Part shown: positions 39,381-49,692 of the stretch, piece after piece
Layout: the number at the start of each line of letters is the position of its first letter
Numbering within the stretch: the stretch's first letter is position 1
From: Candidatus Pelagibacter ubique HIMB058
Lineage (GTDB): Bacteria > Pseudomonadota > Alphaproteobacteria > Pelagibacterales > Pelagibacteraceae
Direction of reading: 5' to 3'
DNA: 64,000 bases
Assembly (NCBI GenBank): GCA_000419545.1
Contig: ATTF01000002.1
Span: 4,093 to 68,092, forward strand
Program-made: the position numbers and the translations under genes
The notes under the pieces: generated by a model
Database searches by the model: none
Told to the model about the DNA's origin: nothing
What the model saw: the letters and a program-made list of their open reading frames with translations, nothing else

Positions 39381-40131
39381 AAATAGAATTATACCCTGCC
39401 TTGATGTTAAGAATGGAAGAGTAGTCAAGGGTATTAACTTTATTGAATTAAAAGATGCTGGAGATCCAGTTGAGCAAGCTAAAATTTATAGCGATGGTGG
39501 TGCTGATGAGATTTGTTTCCTGGATATAACAGCTTCTAACGAGAATAGAGAGACAATTATTGATATTGTAAGAAAAACAGCAAAAGAATGCTTTGTTCCT
39601 CTTACGGTTGGAGGTGGTGTTAGAACTATTCAAAATATAACTGATTTATTATTAGCAGGTGCAGACAAAGTATCTATAAACACCGCAGCAGTTAAAGATA
39701 TCAATTTTGTTAAAGAAGCATCTAAAAAATTTGGTTCTCAATGTATTGTAGTAGCCATCGATGCTAAAAAAGTTTCCGAAAACAAATGGGAAGTTTTTAC
39801 CCACGGCGGAAGAAACAAAACAGGTATTGACGCTGTTGAATTTGCTAAACAGGTAGAAACAAACGGTGCTGGAGAAATTTTACTAACTTCTATGGATAGA
39901 GATGGAACTAAATCTGGCTATGACGTTGAATTATTAAAAGTCATTACAGACAGCACTAATATTCCTGTTATTGCTTCTGGTGGAGTAGGCACTTTAGATC
40001 ATCTGCATGATGGCATAGTTAAAGGTGGTGCGAGTGCTGTTCTTGCTGCTTCTATTTTTCATTACGGTGAATTTAAAATAAAAGAAGCTAAAGAATATTT
40101 GAAATCAAAAAATGTATCGGTAAGATTATAA
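39373..40131 (+). CDS. hisF: Imidazole glycerol phosphate synthase cyclase subunit
   Basis: [37 protein letters not shown] and ASGG motifs. Confidence 0.92.
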   Translation: MLKNRIIPCLDVKNGRVVKGINFIELKDAGDPVEQAKIYSDGGADEICFLDITASNENRETIIDIVRKTAKECFVPLTVGGGVRTIQNITDLLLAGADKVSINTAAVKDINFVKEASKKFGSQCIVVAIDAKKVSENKWEVFTHGGRNKTGIDAVEFAKQVETNGAGEILLTSMDRDGTKSGYDVELLKVITDSTNIPVIASGGVGTLDHLHDGIVKGGASAVLAASIFHYGEFKIKEAKEYLKSKNVSVRL

Positions 40132-40132
40132 A

Positions 40133-40405
40133 ATGTTTGAAAATCTAGAGCAATTAATGAAAACTATTAGAGAGAGGAAAAATTCTTCTCCTGATAAGTC
40201 TTATACAAATAAACTTCTTAACGATAAAAGTTTAAGTGTTGCAAAAGTAAAAGAAGAAGTAGGTGAATTAATCGAGGCTGTAGATCAAGATTCTAATAAA
40301 ATACACGAGGCTGCGGATGTTCTTTATCATTTAATGGTTTACCTAGAAGCCAATAATATTAAGATCGAGGACGTAATGAGTGAACTTAAAAAAAGACAAA
40401 AATGA
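40133..40405 (+). CDS. hisE: Phosphoribosyl-ATP pyrophosphatase
   Basis: 90 aa; SYTNKLL, KVKEEVGELIEA and EAADVLYHLMV motifs. Confidence 0.85.
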   Translation: MFENLEQLMKTIRERKNSSPDKSYTNKLLNDKSLSVAKVKEEVGELIEAVDQDSNKIHEAADVLYHLMVYLEANNIKIEDVMSELKKRQK

Positions 40406-40758
40406 GTTACAACAAAAATAATATATTTGCAAAAATACTTAGAGGAGAAATTCCTTGTAAGAAAGTTTATGAAAATGAATACGTTCTATCTTTTCACGAT
40501 ATAAATCCCCAAAAAAAAATTCATGTTTTAGTAATACCTAAAGGTGAATATATAGATTTAGATGATTTTACTGCAAACGCCTCTGATAAAGAGATCGTTG
40601 AGTTTAATAAAGCTATAACCCATGTTTCAAATTTGGTTGGAGCTACAGAGTCTGGTTATCGAGCGTTAACAAATTTAGGAAGTGACGGAGGTCAAGAAGT
40701 TCCCCATTTACACTTTCATATTTTTGCTGGTGAGAAAATTGGAAAAATGGTGAACTAA
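40402..40758 (+). CDS. HIT-family (histidine triad) nucleotide-binding protein
   Basis: IFAKILRGEIPC N-terminus and the histidine triad VPHLHFHI. Confidence 0.85.
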   Translation: MSYNKNNIFAKILRGEIPCKKVYENEYVLSFHDINPQKKIHVLVIPKGEYIDLDDFTANASDKEIVEFNKAITHVSNLVGATESGYRALTNLGSDGGQEVPHLHFHIFAGEKIGKMVN

Positions 40759-41264
40759 TGGTTTCAAGAGTTCAAAGATATTTTTTAGAAATAAAGGATT
40801 TTAGTAAACTTATTGATCTAAACTTACCTGAAAACCATAAAATAATTTTAGATGATAAAAAAGACTTTCAACTAAATAAGTTTTTTTACAAACAAATAGG
40901 TATTGATCATTATTGGAGAGATCGACTTCTTTGGTCTGATAAAGAATGGTTAAAATATGTTTCAAATAAAAATTTAGAAACACATGTATTAAAAAATGGA
41001 GATGACTTAATTGGTTATTATGAGCAAGAATATCACCCAAATTTAAATGAAGTAGAATTAATAAATATGGGAATATTAAAAGAATTTAGAGGACAAAAAT
41101 TAGGCTCAACACTTTTAAACCATGCAATAGCTAGTGCTTCTAGAAAAAACCCCAATAGAATGTGGGTACACACTTGTAGCTTAGATCATAAATATGCTTT
41201 ACAAAACTATAAGTCAAAAGGTTTTGAAATTTTCAAAGAAGAAGAAATAGATTTTGTGGCTTAG
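40758..41264 (+). CDS. GNAT family N-acetyltransferase
   Basis: The acetyl-CoA-binding motif FRGQKLGSTLLNHAI (R/Q-x-x-G-x-G/A) sits in the C-terminal half. Confidence 0.7.
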   Translation: MVSRVQRYFLEIKDFSKLIDLNLPENHKIILDDKKDFQLNKFFYKQIGIDHYWRDRLLWSDKEWLKYVSNKNLETHVLKNGDDLIGYYEQEYHPNLNEVELINMGILKEFRGQKLGSTLLNHAIASASRKNPNRMWVHTCSLDHKYALQNYKSKGFEIFKEEEIDFVA

Positions 41265-41821
41265 TTTATTTCAGGTATTTTAAAAGTATCTTTTTTATAG
41301 ACATCGTTTTTAGCAACAACATTCAATGTAAAATTTATATTATTGTTGTATTGATCGATGATTTCCCAACCTTTTAAGTCTAAATTTTTTCTATCAAACA
41401 AAACAGATACTTGATTTTCATTAGAATAATTTAGCCTTATCATTTGATCTTCTAGTTCTAACTCACCCAATTGAACTATTTCTAATAATTTATCTTTATA
41501 CAAGATATTTAAAAATGGAGATTTTGATATAGGGTAATAGTAAGTTTTATTATATTTTTTCTGAGTAATTGCTAATCTCTTATTATTTATAATTAATTCC
41601 TTCTCTTTATCATCAAAGTAATCACATTTTAATTTTCCTGGAAACTCTAAGAGGCAGCTTCCTTTTTCTGTTTTGTCATTTATTAATTGATTAAAAGTAA
41701 ACTCTAATGAATTTAAATTATTTAGTTGATCTACTATTTGATTTTTTTCATTTGCAAAAAGGTTTGCTGTTAGAAAAAAAAAAATTAAGAATTGTTTAAA
41801 GAACTTCACGTTTACCAACAT
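41261..41821 (-). CDS. lolA: Outer-membrane lipoprotein carrier LolA-like protein
   Basis: Signal peptide, size, the F.Q pattern (LEFTFNQ), and position directly downstream of ftsK as in many proteobacteria. Confidence 0.6.
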   Translation of the reverse strand: MLVNVKFFKQFLIFFFLTANLFANEKNQIVDQLNNLNSLEFTFNQLINDKTEKGSCLLEFPGKLKCDYFDDKEKELIINNKRLAITQKKYNKTYYYPISKSPFLNILYKDKLLEIVQLGELELEDQMIRLNYSNENQVSVLFDRKNLDLKGWEIIDQYNNNINFTLNVVAKNDVYKKDTFKIPEIN

Positions 41822-43892
41822 GATTTGCTTTACTAACGATACCTTTTTCTTCCATCATATCAATAATTCTTGCAGCTCTATTGTAGCCAATTTGAAGTTT
41901 CCTTTGTAAGAAACTTGTAGAAGCTTTACCTTCTGATTTTATTATATCAACTGCTTGTGTGTATAATTCATCTTCATCACCATCACTTTCATTTGCTGAG
42001 GCGCTTCCAGTTGTTTCTAAAGCTGTAATTTCATCCATATAATCTGGTTCACCCTGAGCTCTAATCGAGTTAGTAACTTTCTCTATTTCATTCTCCGATA
42101 CAAATGGACCATGAATTCTAACAATTCTGTTTGCTGATGACATGAAAAGCATATCTCCTTTTCCTAAAAGTTGCTCTGCCCCCTGCTCTCCTAAGATCGT
42201 TCTACTATCTATTTTAGAACTTACTTGAAAAGATATCCTTGTTGGAAAGTTTGCTTTAATCGTTCCTGTAATGACATCAACACTTGGTCTTTGAGTTGCC
42301 ATAATAATATGAATTCCAGCTGCTCTTGCCATTTGAGATAATTTTTGAATATAATTTTCTATTTCTTTGCCAGCAACAAGCATTAGATCTGACATCTCAT
42401 CAACGACTACAACAATGTAAGGCATTTTTAATTTATGTTTAGCGTTATAACCATCTATGTTTCTAACCCCAACCTTACTCATTAACTTGTACCTGCTATT
42501 CATTTCTTTAACCGTCCAAGCGAGTGCTGAAGTTGCTTTTTTTGCATCTGTAATAACTGGAGTTAATAAATGGGGTATCCCTTCATAAGTAGAGAGCTCT
42601 AACATTTTAGGATCGATTAAAATAAATTTACAAAGATCAGGATTTAATTTGTATAACAAAGAAACGATAATTGTATTGATACAGACTGATTTACCTGAAC
42701 CTGTAGTTCCAGCAATTAATAGGTGAGGCATGGTTGTTAGATCACCTACAATAGGCATCCCTGAAATACTTTTTCCAAGAGCTATAGGAAGTTTTACATC
42801 TTTCTTTTGAAATTTTTCATAAGAAATTATTTCTCTTAGTGAAACACTTTCTCTTGTCTCATTAGGAATTTCTATACCAACTGTATTTTTACCAGGTATA
42901 ACTGAAACCCTTGCTGATGTTGAACTTGTATTTCTAGCTAAATCTTCTGATAGGTTTATTATTTTTGAAACTTTTACTCCTGGTGCAGGTTCAAATTCAT
43001 ATAAGCTAACAACAGGTCCGTTATTGATAGCTTTAATTTTTCCATCAATTCCAAAATCCAATAATATTTTTTCCATAAACTCACCATCAGGACGATTTTT
43101 ATTAAGTTCCGTAGCGCTCAATTTTGAAGTGTTTTTTTCAAGATAATCAATTGCAGGTAATTTATATTTTGATCGTGGTTGAGCAATTTCCTTACTTGGA
43201 GTTAACTGTTCATCAAAAGCAAAAGATTGTTGCGGTTTTTCGATAATTTCACTTTTTTCCTCCAGAGGTACATTTTCTAAATTTATATCAGGTATTGTAG
43301 CTTCTTTTCTTTTAAATAAAGAAACAATCAAATACCAAATACCTGTAAAAATTTTTTTAAAGTTAATATCAGATGAAAAAATAAAAAGTGTTAAAGTTAA
43401 TAATAACAAGCCATAAGTTGTATAAATCTCATCTGTCCACGGAAACCAAGAGCTTAAAAAATTATATCCTATTTTTCCTACAAAGCCTGAATTACCGTTA
43501 TCGATTAACCAAAAGGAATTATTAAATGTTATATAAATAAAAACAGTACCTAAAGTTAAGTAACAAGTTACAAGAAATAATTTTAGAATAATTCTTTTAA
43601 GTTCTTTTTTAAAAACTAAGTTGATACCCCATGATAGAAAATTAATTAGTAGTAAAAAAGAAACTAGCCCAAAACTTTGTAATAAAAAATCAGCTATACT
43701 GCTTCCATAAATTCCAAAGAAATTTTTAATTTCGAATTCTTTATCACCGTATACAAACGACGGGTCTTCTGGTGAATACGTACTAAAAGCAACAGCTAAT
43801 CCAATACTTACAGAAATTAATATTAAACCGATAAATTCAAAGGTTCGTTTTTTTAAAAAATTTGTTACACTATTAAAAAAGTTTGTATTCAT
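41796..43892 (-). CDS. ftsK: DNA translocase FtsK
   Basis: N-terminal TM segments, Walker A GTTGSGKSV, VVVVDEMSDLM, and a C-terminal gamma winged helix (SFLQRKLQIGYNRAARIID). Confidence 0.9.
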   Translation of the reverse strand: MNTNFFNSVTNFLKKRTFEFIGLILISVSIGLAVAFSTYSPEDPSFVYGDKEFEIKNFFGIYGSSIADFLLQSFGLVSFLLLINFLSWGINLVFKKELKRIILKLFLVTCYLTLGTVFIYITFNNSFWLIDNGNSGFVGKIGYNFLSSWFPWTDEIYTTYGLLLLTLTLFIFSSDINFKKIFTGIWYLIVSLFKRKEATIPDINLENVPLEEKSEIIEKPQQSFAFDEQLTPSKEIAQPRSKYKLPAIDYLEKNTSKLSATELNKNRPDGEFMEKILLDFGIDGKIKAINNGPVVSLYEFEPAPGVKVSKIINLSEDLARNTSSTSARVSVIPGKNTVGIEIPNETRESVSLREIISYEKFQKKDVKLPIALGKSISGMPIVGDLTTMPHLLIAGTTGSGKSVCINTIIVSLLYKLNPDLCKFILIDPKMLELSTYEGIPHLLTPVITDAKKATSALAWTVKEMNSRYKLMSKVGVRNIDGYNAKHKLKMPYIVVVVDEMSDLMLVAGKEIENYIQKLSQMARAAGIHIIMATQRPSVDVITGTIKANFPTRISFQVSSKIDSRTILGEQGAEQLLGKGDMLFMSSANRIVRIHGPFVSENEIEKVTNSIRAQGEPDYMDEITALETTGSASANESDGDEDELYTQAVDIIKSEGKASTSFLQRKLQIGYNRAARIIDMMEEKGIVSKANHVGKREVL

Positions 43893-43948
43893 ATCGAATC
43901 GTTTTACGTACTTTTTATCATTTTTATGAAAGTGAGAAAAATTTTAAT

Positions 43949-45046
43949 ATGAAAAAACAAAGAATTTGCATAGTTGGAGATGGCCTTTCAGGTCTAATGA
44001 CTGCTTTAGCTTTAAACAAACTAGAGGGTTTAGAAGTTCATCTTATATCTAAGAAAAACAAGCTTTTAATAGATAAGAGAACTACAGCTATCTCAGCTTC
44101 TAACTATGACTTTTTGAATCTAGTAGTAGACAAGCTCGACAAAAAATTATTTTGGCCGTCCAACAAGATCAATCTTTTCTATGAGACAAAAGATCAGAAT
44201 ATGAATTTCCTAAATTTTAATGAAGACAAAAAAAATCTCATGTACATCTTTGAGAATGACAAAGTTAAAGTAAAATTACTTAAAGAAATAAAAAAGCAAA
44301 AAATTAAAACTTTAAAAAAAAATATAAATAACCTTAAAGATCTTAAGGGTTACGATTTGAAAATACTCTGTTTGGGTAGGTCATCCAAAATTTATCAAAA
44401 CATCGTAGATAAAAGATCGTTAGACAAAGACTATAAGGAAATTGCTATTACCGGATATGTTAAACATAGTCTAAAAAATTTAAACACAGCTCAATATTTT
44501 CTTAAAGACGGCCCTTTAGCTATTCTTCCTTTTTCAAAAAACAATTTTTCTTTTGTATGGAGCGTAGATAAAGACTTCCCGAAAAAAAACCTTAACAATG
44601 TAATTAAATCTAAAATCTGTGAAATATTAAAAACAAAAAAAATTAAGATATCAAACCAGCAATCCTATCCTTTGAAGTTAGATTTAAAACGATCATATTT
44701 TAATAAAGATGTACTAATTTTAGGAGAAGGCTTACACACAGTGCATCCAGTAGCCGGTCAAGGTTTTAATCTTGTATTGAGAGATATTAATAAATTACAA
44801 GAGATATTTAAATATTATATAGGATTAGGTATGTCTCTTAAAAGCTGCCCTGCCCTTGAAGATTTTACAAGTAATAGAAAAGCAGAAAATATTATTACTG
44901 GCATTGGAATAGATTTAACTCATAACTTCTTTAAACAAAATAAACTATTAGACCCTTTCAAAGAAACTATTTTAAAGAACGTTTCAAAAAATAACACTCT
45001 TAAAAAGATAAGTAAGTTTATTTCTAATCAAGGTTTATCCATTTAA
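43949..45046 (+). CDS. FAD-dependent monooxygenase, UbiH/UbiF/COQ6 family (ubiquinone biosynthesis hydroxylase)
   Basis: ICIVGDGLSGLMTALAL (GxGxxG) at the N-terminus and GEGLHTVHPVAGQGFNL. The ORF opens at 43883, but ATG 43949 gives the usual N-terminus and avoids overlapping the ftsK start. Confidence 0.75.
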   Translation: MKKQRICIVGDGLSGLMTALALNKLEGLEVHLISKKNKLLIDKRTTAISASNYDFLNLVVDKLDKKLFWPSNKINLFYETKDQNMNFLNFNEDKKNLMYIFENDKVKVKLLKEIKKQKIKTLKKNINNLKDLKGYDLKILCLGRSSKIYQNIVDKRSLDKDYKEIAITGYVKHSLKNLNTAQYFLKDGPLAILPFSKNNFSFVWSVDKDFPKKNLNNVIKSKICEILKTKKIKISNQQSYPLKLDLKRSYFNKDVLILGEGLHTVHPVAGQGFNLVLRDINKLQEIFKYYIGLGMSLKSCPALEDFTSNRKAENIITGIGIDLTHNFFKQNKLLDPFKETILKNVSKNNTLKKISKFISNQGLSI

Positions 45047-45050
45047 TTCA

Positions 45051-46379
45051 ATGAACATTTATGCTCTTTCATCAGGCAGAGGTCCGTCAGGAATAGCCAT
45101 CGTTAGAATCTCAGGAAAAGACACTTTAAAAGTTTGTAAAAATCTAACTAAATTAAAAGAGATAAATTCTAACGAAGTAAATTATTGTAAGTTTTATGAT
45201 CCAAAAAATGACAATTTAATAGATCCCGAAGCTCTATTATTATGGTTTCCTGGGCCTAATAGCTACACTGGAGATGATTTAGCTGAATTTCAAGTGCATG
45301 GTAGTAATGCTGTTATTAATGCTTTGTTAAAAGTGCTATCGGAGCAAGATAATTGTAGATTAGCTGAGCCAGGAGAATTCACTAAATTAGCATTTGAAAA
45401 TGATAAGATTGATCTTTTAAAAGCAGAGAGTATTGGTGATCTAATTCATGCAGAAACAGAAATGCAAAGAGCGCAAGCAGTTAAATTAGTTCAGGGAAAT
45501 GCATCAAATTATTATAATGATTTAAGAGAAAAGATTATTAAATCTCTAGCATATATCGAAGCTAAAATAGATTTTGCCGAAGATGATCTACCTAAAAAAG
45601 TTTTAAAGGAAGTACATAACTCCATTAAAGAAATTCATAAAGATATACATAAGATTATTGAAGATAATAAAATAGGAGAAAAAATAAGAGATGGATTTAA
45701 AGTTTCTATTACAGGAGAAGTTAATGCAGGTAAATCTTCTCTTTTAAATTTAATAGCAAAAAGAGATGTAGCTATTGTTTCAGATGAAGCTGGAACTACA
45801 AGAGATGTAATAGAGACATATCTAAATATAGATGGTTATCCTGTAATCTTAGCTGATACAGCAGGCATAAGAGATGCTAAAAACGAGGTTGAAAAAAAAG
45901 GCATATCTTTAGCATTAGGCAAATCAAAAGAAGCAGATTTGAATATTGTTGTAATAGATAATTCATCAAAAAATATAAACGACGAAATCAAGAAAATGAT
46001 TAATAAAGATACGATCGTTTTATTAAATAAATCAGATATACAGAATAAACAAAATCATGAATTTGATACAGATACGGTGTTAGCCTCAGTAAAAGAAAAT
46101 AAAAATATTGACAGTTTGATTAAAAAGATAAAAGAAAAAATTAGTAAAAAGTTCACGTCTAATAACAGCGCTTTAATCACTAGAGAAAGACATAGAGTTA
46201 AACTTAATCAATGCTTAAAAGAAATAGATAACTTTCTTAAAAAAGATCCAAATAAAGATTTAGAATTAGCTGCAGAAGATTTGAGAATGGCTACAAGACA
46301 CTTAGGGAGTATTGTTGGTAAAGTAGATGTCGAAGAAATACTAGGTTCAATTTTTAAAGATTTCTGTATCGGTAAATAA
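45051..46379 (+). CDS. mnmE: tRNA modification GTPase MnmE
   Basis: IYALSSGRGPSGIAIVRISG, G-domain GEVNAGKSSLLN/DTAG/NKSD, and C-terminal FCIGK. Confidence 0.92.
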   Translation: MNIYALSSGRGPSGIAIVRISGKDTLKVCKNLTKLKEINSNEVNYCKFYDPKNDNLIDPEALLLWFPGPNSYTGDDLAEFQVHGSNAVINALLKVLSEQDNCRLAEPGEFTKLAFENDKIDLLKAESIGDLIHAETEMQRAQAVKLVQGNASNYYNDLREKIIKSLAYIEAKIDFAEDDLPKKVLKEVHNSIKEIHKDIHKIIEDNKIGEKIRDGFKVSITGEVNAGKSSLLNLIAKRDVAIVSDEAGTTRDVIETYLNIDGYPVILADTAGIRDAKNEVEKKGISLALGKSKEADLNIVVIDNSSKNINDEIKKMINKDTIVLLNKSDIQNKQNHEFDTDTVLASVKENKNIDSLIKKIKEKISKKFTSNNSALITRERHRVKLNQCLKEIDNFLKKDPNKDLELAAEDLRMATRHLGSIVGKVDVEEILGSIFKDFCIGK

Positions 46380-46421
46380 AATACCTCTTGTAATATTACA
46401 TCAGCAGAGTACATTCCTTGT

Positions 46422-48290
46422 ATGTCAATCGTTAATTATGATGTTGTAGTAATAGGAGGAGGGCACGCAGGCTGTGAAGCAGCTGCTGCGTCCGCTCGAT
46501 TAGGCGTAAATACTGCACTTTTTACTCATAAGATAGAGACCATCGGCGAGATGTCTTGTAACCCTGCTATAGGAGGTTTAGGCAAAGGACATCTTGTTAG
46601 AGAGATAGATGCTTTAGATGGGGTGATGGGTGTTGTTGCTGATAAATCAGGTATTCAATTTAGATTATTAAATAGAAGCAGAGGTCCTGCTGTTCAAGGT
46701 CCTAGAACTCAATCTGACAGGGTTCTTTACAAAGAACATATGCAAAAAATACTTCTTAATTATAAAAATTTAGAAGTAATTGCAGATCCGGTTATAAAAT
46801 TTTTGTTCGATAAAAATAAAATTATTGGCTTTGTATGTCAAAGCGGTAAGGAATTTAGAACAAAGGAATTAGTTTTAACTACAGGAACATTTCTTAATGG
46901 CTTAATTCATATTGGGGAAAAACAAATACCAGCAGGTAGATATGATGAAAAACCTTCTACTGGTTTAAGTGAACAGCTATCTAAATATAAGATGAAACTA
47001 GGTAGACTTAAAACTGGAACACCACCTAGATTAGATGGAACTACTATTAACTACGACGATTTAGAACTACAACCAGCAGATCAAGATCCATATTTCTTTT
47101 CTTTCTTAACTAACAAACTAGATAATAAACAAATTTCTTGTGGTATTACTCACACTAATGAAGCCGTACATAAAATTATATCGGATAATATTAATCGTAG
47201 CGCAATGTATTCAGGAAGCATCAAAGGTGTTGGACCTAGATATTGCCCATCTATTGAAGACAAAATTGTAAAGTTTAAAGAGAAACAACAACATCAAATA
47301 TTCTTGGAGCCAGAAGGACTAAAGGACAATACTATTTACCCAAATGGTATATCTACATCACTTCCAGAGGAAATACAGCTTCAAATATTAAGTAAAATCA
47401 AGGGTTTAGAACAAGTTAAGATGAAAAGAGCTGGGTATGCAATTGAGTACGATTACGTGGATCCTAGGGAGTTAAAAGTTACCTTAGAAACTAAAAAAAT
47501 TGAGTCTTTATTTTTAGCCGGACAAATTAATGGAACAACAGGTTACGAGGAGGCTGCAGCACAAGGTTTGATAGCTGGTATTAATGCTGCTTTAAAAGTT
47601 CAAAAGAAAGATGAATTTTCTTTAAGTAGAAGCAATTCATACATTGGTGTTATGATCGATGATCTAATTACTAAAGGTGTTAGTGAACCTTATAGAATGT
47701 TCACGTCTAGAGCTGAGTACAGATTAAGTTTAAGAGCGGATAACGCTGATCAGAGATTAACAATGTTAGGTATAAACTTAAATTTAATCTCAGAAAATAG
47801 AAAAAGGTTTTTCTTAGAAAAAGAAAAAAAATTACAAAGTATAAAAGACTCATTAAAAAATAATTTTATTACTCCAAATAAAGCAAAAGACTACTCAATT
47901 AAAATTGCCATGGATGGAGTTAAAAGATCTTGTATGGAGGTGATAGGTCAGCGAAATGTTCAACTTTCCAAACTAAGAGAGATTTTTCCTTCTATTCCTT
48001 CTTATGATTCCTCTCTTGATAAGCAGGTTGAAATCGATGCACACTATGCTGGATATTTATCTAGACAGGATAGAGACATTAAAGCCTTCAATAAGGATGA
48101 GTCCCTAGTTATACCTGAGAATTTTAATTATGATGTCTTAAGTGGCCTCTCAAATGAGGTGAAGAGCAAATTGAATCACATCAGGCCTAAAACACTCGGA
48201 CAAGCTCTTCGTATAGACGGTATGACTCCATCAGCTGTGATCATAATCCTCTCGAACATCAAGAAAAGACGTGCTAAGCAGTCAGCTTGA
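46422..48290 (+). CDS. mnmG: tRNA uridine 5-carboxymethylaminomethyl modification enzyme MnmG (GidA)
   Basis: [27 protein letters not shown], and [19 protein letters not shown]. Confidence 0.95.
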   Translation: MSIVNYDVVVIGGGHAGCEAAAASARLGVNTALFTHKIETIGEMSCNPAIGGLGKGHLVREIDALDGVMGVVADKSGIQFRLLNRSRGPAVQGPRTQSDRVLYKEHMQKILLNYKNLEVIADPVIKFLFDKNKIIGFVCQSGKEFRTKELVLTTGTFLNGLIHIGEKQIPAGRYDEKPSTGLSEQLSKYKMKLGRLKTGTPPRLDGTTINYDDLELQPADQDPYFFSFLTNKLDNKQISCGITHTNEAVHKIISDNINRSAMYSGSIKGVGPRYCPSIEDKIVKFKEKQQHQIFLEPEGLKDNTIYPNGISTSLPEEIQLQILSKIKGLEQVKMKRAGYAIEYDYVDPRELKVTLETKKIESLFLAGQINGTTGYEEAAAQGLIAGINAALKVQKKDEFSLSRSNSYIGVMIDDLITKGVSEPYRMFTSRAEYRLSLRADNADQRLTMLGINLNLISENRKRFFLEKEKKLQSIKDSLKNNFITPNKAKDYSIKIAMDGVKRSCMEVIGQRNVQLSKLREIFPSIPSYDSSLDKQVEIDAHYAGYLSRQDRDIKAFNKDESLVIPENFNYDVLSGLSNEVKSKLNHIRPKTLGQALRIDGMTPSAVIIILSNIKKRRAKQSA

Positions 48291-48904
48291 TGAGTCCAAA
48301 AGAAATTGTAAAAATTCTAAAAAAAAACTACTATTTTTCAACCGATAAAATAGCCCAAATTGAACATTTTGTTAATTTACTGCTTAATTTTAATAAAAAA
48401 TATAATTTAATCAGTAAGAGCACAGAGATAGACATTTGGAAAAGACATGTTTTGGATAGTGCTCAAATTATAAAGTTAATAAATTTTAAAAAGCCAGGTG
48501 AATTATCAGATTTAGGTAGTGGCGCAGGCTTCCCTGGAATTGTTTTATCAATATATAATGATAATCCCTCATTTCACGTGAAACTATTTGAAAAGTCTCC
48601 AGTAAAAAGATCTTTTCTAAAAAAGTTGATGTCGGAAAATAACAAATTTGAACTACTCGGAAATATATATGAATATAACGATTTGAGCTCAAAGTACGTA
48701 GTTTGCAGAGCCTTTAAGAAGCTTTCCCCAATATTTAAGATTTCACGTGAAATATTTAATAATCCACACAAATTAATAGTATTAAAGGGCAAAAATGCAG
48801 AAAAAGAGCTTAAAACTGTTTCAAATATTAAAAATTATAGATATAAAATGGTATCGAGCGTCACAGATATTGATTCTAAGATAATAGTCGCAGAAAAAAA
48901 ATGA
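48290..48904 (+). CDS. rsmG: 16S rRNA m7G527 methyltransferase RsmG (GidB)
   Basis: W.RHVLDS, SAM motif DLGSGAGFPGI, and VCRAF. The ORF opens at TTG 48287; ATG 48290 overlaps the mnmG stop. Confidence 0.85.
   Translation: MSPKEIVKILKKNYYFSTDKIAQIEHFVNLLLNFNKKYNLISKSTEIDIWKRHVLDSAQIIKLINFKKPGELSDLGSGAGFPGIVLSIYNDNPSFHVKLFEKSPVKRSFLKKLMSENNKFELLGNIYEYNDLSSKYVVCRAFKKLSPIFKISREIFNNPHKLIVLKGKNAEKELKTVSNIKNYRYKMVSSVTDIDSKIIVAEKK
48570..48585. promoter_or_regulatory. parS-like ParB binding site (CATTTCACGTGAAACT)
   Basis: 13/16 match to the canonical TGTTTCACGTGAAACA, with a perfect 12-bp core TTTCACGTGAAA. It lies inside rsmG, about 320 bp upstream of parA. Confidence 0.7.
48739..48754. promoter_or_regulatory. 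parS-like ParB binding site (GATTTCACGTGAAATA)
   Basis: Perfect 14-bp palindrome ATTTCACGTGAAAT with the same 12-bp core. It lies 169 bp from the first site and about 150 bp upstream of parA. Confidence 0.7.
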
Positions 48905-49692
48905 AAAATAAAATTATATCAGTGATAAATCAAAAAGGAGGAGTGGGAAAAACAACCACTGTAGTAAACCTTGCAGCATCACTGTCCATTTTGGGTCAAA
49001 AGACTTTAGTCATAGACTTGGACCCTCAAGGAAACGCAACAACTGGATTAGGCAAATCAAATACAAATAATGAAAAAAATATTTACAATCTTTTGATAAG
49101 AAAATTAAATTTAAATGAAGTTATTGAATCAACAAGTGTACAAAATTTAGAATTAATCAGCTCTACAGTAAATTTGTCAGGCCTTGAAGTTGAAACAGCG
49201 ACTAATGAAGATAGAGCTTTTACACTTAAAAAAATATTTGATGAAAATAAAAATATTTTAAATAAATATGATTATGTATTTATTGATTGTCCTCCATCAT
49301 TAAGTTTACTTACTGTTATAGCATTAGTTGGATCAGACGAATTAGTAGTTCCATTACAAACAGAATTTTTTGCACTAGAAGGCATCACTCAACTTATTAA
49401 AACGATAGATAGAGTGAAAGAAAATTTAAATCCTCAATTATCGGTAAGAGGTATTCTTTTAACTATGTTTGATAAAAGAAATAAACTCTCAGGTGAGGTA
49501 GATACCGAAGCAAGAAATCATTTTAAATCAAAAGTCTATAATACGGTAATTCCTAGAAACGTAAGGCTTTCAGAAGCGCCTTCTCACGGGTTGCCATGTG
49601 TGATTTACGATAAAACTTGTGTTGGAAGTAAAGCGTATTTTGATCTTGCTAATGAATTTTTATCTAATAAGGAAAGTGTTTCGGCTGCATGA
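48901..49692 (+). CDS. parA: Chromosome partitioning ATPase ParA
   Basis: Deviant Walker A NQKGGVGKTTT, DLDPQGN, and DCPPSL. Confidence 0.92.
   Translation: MKNKIISVINQKGGVGKTTTVVNLAASLSILGQKTLVIDLDPQGNATTGLGKSNTNNEKNIYNLLIRKLNLNEVIESTSVQNLELISSTVNLSGLEVETATNEDRAFTLKKIFDENKNILNKYDYVFIDCPPSLSLLTVIALVGSDELVVPLQTEFFALEGITQLIKTIDRVKENLNPQLSVRGILLTMFDKRNKLSGEVDTEARNHFKSKVYNTVIPRNVRLSEAPSHGLPCVIYDKTCVGSKAYFDLANEFLSNKESVSAA

Noticed and set aside
46389-46400. 12-bp palindrome TGTAATATTACA upstream of mnmG, loosely resembling the TTGTAATTACAA core upstream of the porin.
   Set aside because: It is short and AT-only, so chance occurrence is likely. The half-site spacing differs from the porin palindrome, so a shared regulator is not supported.
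48760-48768. TAATCCACA, an 8/9 match to the DnaA box TTATCCACA, right beside the second parS site. A similar TTTTCCACA lies inside acs near 17424.
   Set aside because: These are single isolated near-matches inside coding sequence. That is expected by chance over 64 kb, and there is no clustering.
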